Below the pieces are notes generated by a model. It had not been told where the DNA came from. It was given only the letters and a program-made list of their open reading frames with translations, and did no database searches. Both the position numbers and the translations under genes were made by a program. Positions 1-7,161 of a stretch of DNA of 64,000 nt are shown here, piece by piece. The DNA comes from Thermoleophilia bacterium. GTDB lineage: Bacteria; Actinomycetota; Thermoleophilia; UBA2241. How positions within the stretch are numbered: the first letter of the stretch is position 1; the number at the start of each line of letters is the position of its first letter. The stretch covers positions 73,988-137,987 of the forward strand of contig JAXGYV010000002.1 of the NCBI GenBank assembly GCA_040772045.1, given 5' to 3'.

Positions 1-1514
1 TGCGTATGCACGTCAGCGGTAACGGGGATACGCTCGCCGGGCTGTTCGGCGGCCTCTCGGGCTCGGTCAAGAACCTATCGCTCGTCTGCGACATCACCGC
101 CGAGAGCACCGCGGGCTCGAGCTTCGCCGGCGGCCTCGCCGCGAAGGCGGTTACTGCCACCGTCAAGAACTGCTCCGTGGCCGGCACCGTGAACGCAGAC
201 GTCGCCGGCGGCGTGTTCGGCTCCGGCAGCGCAAGTGTTATCTCCGACTGTCGCAATGCCGCGGCTGTGAGCTCCGACGCTCGCTATGACGGTGGTCACG
301 CCGGGGGTATCGCCGGCCAGGCGGCTAGGACGACCCGCGTCTCCCGATGCAGCAACCAGGGCGCGATCCAGGTGAGCTCGTCTCTGGCCAGCGAGCCCGA
401 GCACCCGGAGGGACTCTATGCCGGAGGCATCGCCGGCCGAGTCCTGGCGGCCTCGACCATCTCGCAGTGCTTCAACGCCGGCGAGGTGACGGCGATTACG
501 TCCGGGCAGTATCCCAACTGGTGCTCGGCGTGGGCGGGCGGCATCGCGGGCGCCTGCGACTTCGACTGCAAGGCCACAGACTGCTACAACGCCGGCGACA
601 TCGCGGGCATGCACGGCTCCAGCACCGCCGGCATCGTGGGGCACACGGGCGCCGCGACGCTCGCACGCTGCTACAACGTCGGAGCTATCCAGCAAACCGG
701 CTGGTACGGGGGAATCGCGGCGGGGGCGCTGAGCGAGGGCGCAGACAAGATCGCCCGCTGCTACTACGCGGACACCGCCGACCACGCTTTCGGATTCGGG
801 ATCGACGGCCCGGTGCCAGAAGAGGTCGCGAAGCCCGGCAGCCTCACAGCCATGGAGACGCAAGAGCACTTCGCCGGCTTCGACTTCGAGAATGTCTGGG
901 CCATGGCGGGCGAGAGCGACTACCCGTACCCGCAGCTCCGGACGCACCGCCAGGCGCTGGCGCAGCCGGGGGCGCCGAACGTGCGCGCCGCGGCTGTCCG
1001 CTACGATCGCGTGCAACTCACGTGGGACGTCGTCGCCGATGCCGCACGCTACGAGATCTATCGGGCCACCGCGTCATCGGGCCCGTACACGAAGATCGCC
1101 GTGACCACCGCGACGAGCCATCTCGACCCCGACCGCGCGACCGGGACGCGGTACTTCTATCGGGCGCGTTCGGTAGCAAGCGCAGGTGGGCTTGTCGCCT
1201 ACGGAGAGTGGTCGAACACCGCGAGTGCGACACCGGTCCTCGGACGAGTGGCCAAGCTCACCGTGGTGAAGGCGTCATCGAGAAGCACCAGGGCGAGCTG
1301 GTCTGCGGTCACGGGCGCATCCGGCTACGAGCTCTACCGGGCGACCAGCTCCCGGGGCACGTATCGACTGGTCAAGCGCACGACGCTGCGCACGTTCACG
1401 AACTCCGGGCTCACCGCAAGGCGGACCTACTACTACAAGGTGCGGGCATACCATCTCGAAGGCACGCGGCGGGTGTACGGCCCGTTCTCGAGCATCGTGG
1501 GGAGGCGCCTGTAG
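1..1514 (+). CDS. Secreted/surface repeat protein, 5'-truncated at the window edge: GLUG-type Gly-rich repeats followed by two fibronectin type III-like domains
   Basis: The reading frame is open from base 1 and there is no signal peptide at the first Met. GG(I/L/V)AG-type repeats recur every 25-30 aa (GGLAAKA, GGIAGQA, GGIAGRV, GGIAGAC, GGIAAGA). These are followed by FDFENVW..YPYPQL and two units of the form V.L.W....ARYEIYRA / YELYRAT...Y.Y.V.A. Confidence 0.7.
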   Translation, partial: RMHVSGNGDTLAGLFGGLSGSVKNLSLVCDITAESTAGSSFAGGLAAKAVTATVKNCSVAGTVNADVAGGVFGSGSASVISDCRNAAAVSSDARYDGGHAGGIAGQAARTTRVSRCSNQGAIQVSSSLASEPEHPEGLYAGGIAGRVLAASTISQCFNAGEVTAITSGQYPNWCSAWAGGIAGACDFDCKATDCYNAGDIAGMHGSSTAGIVGHTGAATLARCYNVGAIQQTGWYGGIAAGALSEGADKIARCYYADTADHAFGFGIDGPVPEEVAKPGSLTAMETQEHFAGFDFENVWAMAGESDYPYPQLRTHRQALAQPGAPNVRAAAVRYDRVQLTWDVVADAARYEIYRATASSGPYTKIAVTTATSHLDPDRATGTRYFYRARSVASAGGLVAYGEWSNTASATPVLGRVAKLTVVKASSRSTRASWSAVTGASGYELYRATSSRGTYRLVKRTTLRTFTNSGLTARRTYYYKVRAYHLEGTRRVYGPFSSIVGRRL

Positions 1515-1752
1515 GTGAGCAACCCCCGGCCCGGGGATTACTCCGCCAGGGTCTCCGGACTGCGATCGACAGATCACGCAGCGGCGCCGAGGCCGCTCTT
1601 TGATGGCTCACGGACCAGGTCCTAGCGCCGTCACTGAGGCGGCTGATACCATCCGAATTGACGGCGCAACTGGCGGCAGTCGGGGAGTGTTGCCGCAGGG
1701 GTCACACAACTCGCCGCTGATAAGGACTGATGAGAGGTACACCTAGGGGAAC

Positions 1753-3258
1753 GTGGAAGAACTGAGCGTCGGGGCACTTCTGCTTACCGCGGGCGCACTC
1801 GTGCTCGTGTGCGTCCTCGCAAGCAAAGTCACGGAACGCGTCGGAGTACCGACTCTCCTTCTCTTTCTCGGCCTTGGGATGCTGGCCGGCGCAGATGGTC
1901 CGGGTGGTATCTATTTCGACGATGCTGCCCTCTCCCGCTTGGTGGGCACCATCGCGCTGGTCTTCATCTTGTACGCGGGTGGAGTCGACACCAATTGGCG
2001 CAGCGTGCGCCCGGTTCTTGTCCCCGGCGCTGTGCTCGCCAGCCTGGGCGTTCTGTTCACCGCCATCTCGCTCGGCGTGTTTCTGGCCTGGGCGACCGAC
2101 CTCGCCCTGAGCAATGGCCTGCTGTTGGGAGCGATCGTGGCCTCCACGGATGCCGCCGCCGTCTTCGCCGTGCTGCGCGCGCGCAACGTGCGAATCGAGG
2201 AGAAGACGCGTTCACTCCTCGAACTGGAATCGGGCGCCAACGACCCCACGGCCGTCTTTCTCACCATCGCCTTCATCGAAGCGCTGACGACGGGCGAGCT
2301 GCACGCGGGAAGCATGGTGCTCGCCTTCTTCCTCCAGATGGGGGCAGGGGCGGCGATAGGGTTCTTGCTCAGCAAGGCAGCGATTTGGCTCATCAACCGC
2401 ATCCAGCTCGAATACGATGGCCTCTACCCGGTTCTGAGCGTGGCGCTCCTCATCGTGACGTTCGGCGCTGCTGAGCTGGCCCACGGAAGCGGATTCCTGG
2501 CGGTCTACGTCGCCGGCATAGTGATGAGCAATAGCATCTACATCCACAAGCGCAGTCTCATACGTTTCCACGACGGGCTGGCTTGGGTAGGGCAGATCGG
2601 CATGTTCCTTACCTTGGGCTTACTGGTCTTTCCCTCCCGCGTCTTCTCCGTACTGAGCACAGGGCTGCTGGCCGCGGTCTTTCTCATTTTCGTGGCACGC
2701 CCTGTGAGCGTCGCGATCTCTCTTGCCTTCTTCCGGTTCTCATGGCGCGAGCGGGCGTTCATAAGCTGGGTCGGGCTTCGGGGCGCGGTGCCCATCGTTC
2801 TGGCGACCTTTCCGCTGGTGGCTGGAGTCGACGGGGCCGAGCACATCTTCAACATCGTGTTCTTTGTTGTGATCGTCTCAGTGCTCCTCCAGGGCACCAC
2901 GGTCGCCCCCGCGGCGCAATGGCTGCACGTTGAAGGACCAGGCCCTCGCCTGAGCCCCCTCGAGAGCAACGAGGTTCCGGCGAGCCGCTTTGTGGAGTAT
3001 CGAGTGCGGCCGGACTCGGAGCTCGTCGGCAGGCAGATCGCCCAGTGCGGCCTGCCAGACACGGCCAAGCTGATCGCCATTAAACGTTACGGTTCCTACC
3101 TAGTTCCCACAGGCGGCATGTACCTGCGACGCGACGACTTGCTGACATTCATCGCCGACGAAGCGGCCGTTCGCCATCTCGATGGCACTTCAGCCTTTGA
3201 GCGCGCAGACTCAGCACCGTCATCGGACATCGAAGAACAGGGGGGCTCGCCGTCGTGA
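1753..3258 (+). CDS. K+/H+ (CPA1, NhaP2/CvrA-type) antiporter with a C-terminal TrkA-C/RCK_C domain
   Basis: GTG start. About 12 TM helices with exchanger motifs (ASTDAAAVF, LESGANDP). The C-terminal soluble domain reads FVEYRV..DSELVGRQI...LP....LIAIKR. Confidence 0.85.
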   Translation: MEELSVGALLLTAGALVLVCVLASKVTERVGVPTLLLFLGLGMLAGADGPGGIYFDDAALSRLVGTIALVFILYAGGVDTNWRSVRPVLVPGAVLASLGVLFTAISLGVFLAWATDLALSNGLLLGAIVASTDAAAVFAVLRARNVRIEEKTRSLLELESGANDPTAVFLTIAFIEALTTGELHAGSMVLAFFLQMGAGAAIGFLLSKAAIWLINRIQLEYDGLYPVLSVALLIVTFGAAELAHGSGFLAVYVAGIVMSNSIYIHKRSLIRFHDGLAWVGQIGMFLTLGLLVFPSRVFSVLSTGLLAAVFLIFVARPVSVAISLAFFRFSWRERAFISWVGLRGAVPIVLATFPLVAGVDGAEHIFNIVFFVVIVSVLLQGTTVAPAAQWLHVEGPGPRLSPLESNEVPASRFVEYRVRPDSELVGRQIAQCGLPDTAKLIAIKRYGSYLVPTGGMYLRRDDLLTFIADEAAVRHLDGTSAFERADSAPSSDIEEQGGSPS

Positions 3259-3296
3259 TGGCACCTCGCCCCCGTATCTCCTATCCCCTCGTCTGC

Positions 3297-3326
3297 TTGC
3301 CGCTGCGCGCGACTCTGTGCTAGCAT
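3297..3326 (+). promoter_or_regulatory. Sigma-70-like promoter candidate for rpsT (TTGCCG - 18 nt - TAGCAT)
   Basis: The hexamers read at 3297-3302 and 3321-3326, about 80 nt upstream of the rpsT GTG start. Confidence 0.35.
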
Positions 3327-3404
3327 CGCCCGTCCGGACGGTCATCGGCGCGGTCGTTTTGCGCCCGCCGCCGGTCGCATCGGCATCTCGACCAGAGGAC
3401 GAAC

Positions 3405-3668
3405 GTGCCCAACATCAAGCAGCAAGAGAAGCGCATGCGCCTCGCCGCCCGGCAGCGGCTGCGCAACCGTCAGGTCAAATCAAGCCTGAAGACGCTGTTC
3501 AGGAAGTTCGATGCCAGCGTTCAAGAGGGCGACCGCGACACGGCGCTTCAGCTGTCCACGCAGCTCGCCAGCCAGATCGACAAGGCTGCCAGCAAGGGCG
3601 TCATCCACAAGAACGCCGCGGCGCGCCGCAAGAGCCTGGTAGCGCGCCACCTCGGCAAGCTCTCCTAG
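3405..3668 (+). CDS. rpsT: 30S ribosomal protein S20
   Basis: 87 aa. The N-terminus PNIKQQEKRMR...NR..KS.LKT..RKF and the basic composition are typical of bS20. Confidence 0.95.
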   Translation: MPNIKQQEKRMRLAARQRLRNRQVKSSLKTLFRKFDASVQEGDRDTALQLSTQLASQIDKAASKGVIHKNAAARRKSLVARHLGKLS

Positions 3669-3677
3669 CACTCGCAG

Positions 3678-4682
3678 CTACCCCAACAGCCGGGCCAGGG
3701 TACGCTCGAGCACGAGCCCTGGCTCGAGTGAGCTAGCGCCCACAAGCGCCGCATCCGCCTCTGCCAGTACGACCGTAGCCCGGTCGATGCTGCGCGCCCC
3801 AAACGTCGTCCGCTGCTCGAGCAGCTTCTTAGCCCGGAACGGATGCACCCCCAAGTCCTTACCCGCCTGTTCCATGCCTACGTCGTTGGAAAGCGCACAG
3901 GCGCGGCGCAGTAGCTCGACGTGGCGGGCGAGCGCCGCGAAGATGGAGCGAGCCGGGTCGCTGCTGGCTCCCCCCGCGCGGCGCGGCGTACCGCCCAGCG
4001 CGAGCAGTTCCTCAAGTTTGCGGAACGCCTGCGCCGCGTCGCGCCGGCCCACGGCATCCGTGAGATCCCAAATCTGCGCCTCGAGACCTGGAGTGACCAC
4101 GGCGTCGATGTCGTCGATGTGGATCTCGCCGGCCTCTCCCCCGCCCATATAGGCAGCCAGCTTCCGCAACTCGTTCTCTAGTTTCAGCGGGTCTTCGCCC
4201 ACCACCGACAGAAGATGCCTGGCCTCGGCGACCCCGAGCTTGAGCTTCATGCCACGTGCCTGCTCCTGGACCCAGGCGGCGTACTCGCGCTTCTTGGGCA
4301 GGTCGTAGTGCAAGATGGACCCCACGCGCGCGACCGTCTTGGCCAGCGCCTCCTTGCGCGAGAAGCTCTCGCCCACGAGGGCCACGGTGGTGTCGGGGAA
4401 CGGATCGGCCAGGTAGGCGGCCACCAGGTCGCGCTGTTTGACCGTCCATTCATCGGCCGCCGTGACCACGACGCCGCGGCGGCCGAGGATAAAGCTGCCC
4501 GTCTGCAGAAGCTGCACCACCTCTGCCCCGCTGCACGTACGCGCGTCGAGCACCGTGAGCGACAAGTCGCTGCCCGACTCGTTGATCACGCGCTTCTTGA
4601 AGCGCGCCACCGCCAGGCGCACCTTGGGCGCGTCTGTGCCATAGATGAGGTAGGCGGGCGCCAGCTCCTGCTTGTCTGCCAT
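3678..4682 (-). CDS. holA: DNA polymerase III delta subunit
   Basis: 334 aa. It begins LAPAYLIYG.D, carries LE.EL.KL and a delta C-terminal domain pattern. It lies next to rpsT, as is common in Actinomycetota. Confidence 0.85.
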   Translation of the reverse strand: MADKQELAPAYLIYGTDAPKVRLAVARFKKRVINESGSDLSLTVLDARTCSGAEVVQLLQTGSFILGRRGVVVTAADEWTVKQRDLVAAYLADPFPDTTVALVGESFSRKEALAKTVARVGSILHYDLPKKREYAAWVQEQARGMKLKLGVAEARHLLSVVGEDPLKLENELRKLAAYMGGGEAGEIHIDDIDAVVTPGLEAQIWDLTDAVGRRDAAQAFRKLEELLALGGTPRRAGGASSDPARSIFAALARHVELLRRACALSNDVGMEQAGKDLGVHPFRAKKLLEQRTTFGARSIDRATVVLAEADAALVGASSLEPGLVLERTLARLLG

Positions 4683-4780
4683 CTCTGCCCTTCACTCGCG
4701 ACGACTGATCTCCTCGCAACGACTGTCGCTCGGCACAGCGTAGCACGGCAAGCCCCGTCCCGGCCGACGGAAGATGACCG

Positions 4781-4811
4781 AAAAAAGACGGCCGTCGATA
4801 CAACGGCCGAC
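4781..4811 (-). terminator. Intrinsic-terminator-like hairpin plus T6 run on the minus strand, about 100 nt upstream of the holA start
   Basis: The minus strand reads GTCGGCCGTT-gtatc-GACGGCCGTC followed by TTTTTT. That is 8-9 bp of GC-rich stem with a 5-nt loop. This is the only run of 6 A/T that I saw in the window. Confidence 0.45.
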
Positions 4812-4877
4812 GGCAGGCGGGCCCAGAGGCGCGGGATGAGCGAGCCACCGCATCCCGCTTGGAAGCGTGCCCCCGCG

Positions 4878-4884
4878 TAGCATA
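4878..4884. promoter_or_regulatory. Overlapping divergent -10 candidates (TAGCAT on plus, TATGCT on minus)
   Basis: The sequence TAGCATA sits in the 269-nt divergent region between holA and the PLDc_N gene. No convincing -35 element is present on either strand. Confidence 0.3.
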
Positions 4885-4951
4885 CGGTATGGTGAAGATG
4901 CGTCGCCGGATGCACGGGGAGCACCCGTCAGCCAACCGCGAAAGGAAAGGC

Positions 4952-5302
4952 ATGCGAATCCTCAGCGCGTTCTCTGTCCTGGCCACCGAGCTCGAGCTCC
5001 CCGTCGGCCTGCTGGTTGTGCTCGTGGCGCTGGGCACGATCCAGATCGTCCTGCTCGTGTGGGCGCTCGTGGACCTCGTCCGACGCGAGCAGGTTGCCCT
5101 GCTCCCCAAGTGGGGCTGGGTGATCGTGATCCTCCTGGCAAACCTCGTGGGCTCGCTGCTCTATGTTGAGCGCGGGCCGGGCGGGCGCGGGGCGGGCCAC
5201 CGACTCCGAACCGGCGGATCGGCAACCGGATCGCGTACAGCAGGCCGTCGACGCGCTCTATGGCGAACACCGCGAGCGCGAAGACCGGCGGTGAGCGGGT
5301 GA
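4952..5302 (+). CDS. Small membrane protein with a PLDc_N (phospholipase-D-nuclease N-terminal) type domain
   Basis: I chose the internal ATG at 4952 because AAAGGAAAGG precedes it. Two TM helices carry the pattern LVWALVDLVRRE.....KWGWVIVILLANLVGSLLY. The Arg/Gly-rich tail is less certain. Confidence 0.55.
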   Translation: MRILSAFSVLATELELPVGLLVVLVALGTIQIVLLVWALVDLVRREQVALLPKWGWVIVILLANLVGSLLYVERGPGGRGAGHRLRTGGSATGSRTAGRRRALWRTPRARRPAVSG

Positions 5303-6309
5303 ACGAGCCCACGCAGCCCACCGCACCAGCCATCGAACTGGATGGCCTCACCAAGGCCTTCAGACACGCTACCGCGGTCGACGGACTGAACCTCACCGTG
5401 CCTCAGGGGAGCGTGTTCGGCTTCCTCGGGCCAAATGGGGCCGGCAAGACGACCACCCTCCGCATCTTGGCTAGTCTCGCGCGGCCCACCTCCGGCGACG
5501 CGTTCGTGCTCGGCCACCGCGTGCCGGCGGATGCCACCACACGCTCCTTCATCGGCTACCTGCCAGACGTGCCCGGCTTCCCCACGTGGATGACGGCCGG
5601 GCAGTATCTCCGCTTCGTCGGCGAGCTCTTCGGCCTGCGCGGCAGCCAGCTCGCGGAGCGCGTCGATTCCCTGCTGGACCTCGCCGGCTTGAAGGAGACC
5701 ACGGCTCGTATCGGGGCCTACTCGCGAGGGATGAAGCAGCGCCTGGGCATCGCCCAGGCGCTGGTGAACTCTCCGCGGCTGCTCCTGCTGGATGAGCCCA
5801 CCAGCGCCCTCGACCCGCTGGGTCGCAAAGACGTCCTGAACATGATCGCGGCCCTGGCCGGCAGGACCACCGTCTTCTTCTCCACCCACATCCTGGCCGA
5901 CGTGGAACGCGTCTGCGACCAGGCGGCCATCCTCAACAGAGGCCGGCTGGTAAGCCAGGCACCTATCGAGGACCTCAAGGCCCGGCACGGGAGCGCGCGA
6001 CGGCTGATGGTGGAGGTCGACGACCCGGAGCGGCTGCTGGCGGCGCTCGCGGAGCAGCCGTGGGTGGTGGCCGTGCGGCGCCGGCAGACTGGTCCGCTGC
6101 ACATCGAGGTACACGAGATCGAGACCGCGCAGCGCGAGCTGCCGGGCATCGTGGCCACCGAGCACTTGGCGCTGCTGCGCTTTCAGGTGGAGGAGACCAG
6201 CCTGGAGGACGTGTTTGTGGACCTCGTCGGGCGTGAGCCCGCCGGACGCGATGCCGCCGGACGTGGCTCCGCCGCCGGACGCGGTCTCTCCGGGAAGGAG
6301 CCTTCATGA
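5299..6309 (+). CDS. ABC transporter ATP-binding protein (ABC-2/DrrA-like)
   Basis: Walker A GPNGAGKTT, Q-loop, signature YSRGMKQRL, Walker B LLLLDEPTSALD and H-loop are all present. The GTG at 5299 overlaps the upstream stop in a GTGA junction. An alternative ATG lies at 5260. Confidence 0.9.
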   Translation: MNEPTQPTAPAIELDGLTKAFRHATAVDGLNLTVPQGSVFGFLGPNGAGKTTTLRILASLARPTSGDAFVLGHRVPADATTRSFIGYLPDVPGFPTWMTAGQYLRFVGELFGLRGSQLAERVDSLLDLAGLKETTARIGAYSRGMKQRLGIAQALVNSPRLLLLDEPTSALDPLGRKDVLNMIAALAGRTTVFFSTHILADVERVCDQAAILNRGRLVSQAPIEDLKARHGSARRLMVEVDDPERLLAALAEQPWVVAVRRRQTGPLHIEVHEIETAQRELPGIVATEHLALLRFQVEETSLEDVFVDLVGREPAGRDAAGRGSAAGRGLSGKEPS

Positions 6310-7067
6310 GCGGTTTCGGTGCCCTGCTGCGCAAGGAGCTGCGAGAGACGCTCAAGACCTGGCGAACGTGGGTGCTCGGCGGCGTGCTGGTCTTCTCGGG
6401 CATCTCCTCGCCGGCGATGGCGGCGGCGCTGCCGTACATCTTGGAATGGAGCGAGCGCCAAGGCTCCGGCATCAGCATCAGCGTGCCGGAGCCCACGGCG
6501 CGCGACGCCTGCGTGCAGTTCGTGAGCAACCTGCAGCAGCTCGCCCTGCTCACCGTCATCGTCACCGCCGCCGGCCTCGTATCCTCCGAGCTGCGCTCGG
6601 GCAGCGCCGCCCTGACGCTCGCCAAACCCATCAGCCGAGCCGCCTTCGTCGTCGGCAAGCTGAGTGCCTACCTCCTGCACTTGCTGACCGCCACCGCACT
6701 CGGCACCGCCCTCTGCGTGGGAGCTACCGCGATCCTGTTCGGCGCGGCTCCGCTGGGCGACCTCTTGCAGGCGGTAACTCTATGGCTGGCGTACGCGCTG
6801 CTGCTGACGTGCTTCACCGTGCTGCTCTCCTGCACGCTGCGCTCGCAGCTCGGCGTGGCCGCTCTCGGCATCGCCACCTTCATCGCACTCAGCGCGCTGA
6901 GCCTGCTCCAGCCGCTCGCCCAGACACCCGTGGGCATGGCCGACGCCGTGACCGCCGCGATGGCGGGCACAGCCTTCAGCGCAACTTGGCCCCTGGTGGC
7001 GAGCGTGGCCCTGGCACTCGTTTTGCTCGCGACCGCCCTCCTCGTGTTCCAGCGCAAGGAGATCTGA
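6306..7067 (+). CDS. ABC-2 type transporter permease
   Basis: ATGA overlap with the ATPase gene. The 253-aa product has about 6 predicted TM helices. Confidence 0.7.
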   Translation: MSGFGALLRKELRETLKTWRTWVLGGVLVFSGISSPAMAAALPYILEWSERQGSGISISVPEPTARDACVQFVSNLQQLALLTVIVTAAGLVSSELRSGSAALTLAKPISRAAFVVGKLSAYLLHLLTATALGTALCVGATAILFGAAPLGDLLQAVTLWLAYALLLTCFTVLLSCTLRSQLGVAALGIATFIALSALSLLQPLAQTPVGMADAVTAAMAGTAFSATWPLVASVALALVLLATALLVFQRKEI

Positions 7068-7161
7068 GAGAGCGCAAGGGGCTCTGAGGGCGGCGGGCCT
7101 CGTACAGGCGGCGGCCGGCGGCCTGCCGAAGGCTGCCACGGCGCGCGCCGCGAGCGCACCC

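Noticed and set aside
75-1603. Long ORFs nested in or antisense to the GLUG/Fn3 gene (75..1016 minus, 347..1603 plus). Comparable shadow ORFs occur throughout, for example 11945..13981 plus, 17463..18569 minus, 28234..30195 plus, 46275..48143 plus and 57243..58964 plus.
   Set aside because: They are Arg/Pro/Gly/Ala-rich with no recognisable motifs. Each lies entirely within a gene that carries strong family signatures on another frame or strand. This is the expected artefact of ~70% GC sequence, which has few stop codons.
1580-1603. Weak terminator after the GLUG/Fn3 gene (AGCGGC-gccgag-GCCGCT followed by CTTTGA).
   Set aside because: The stem is only 6 bp, the T tract is 3 nt, and it lies 65 nt past the stop. 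That is too weak to call as a feature.
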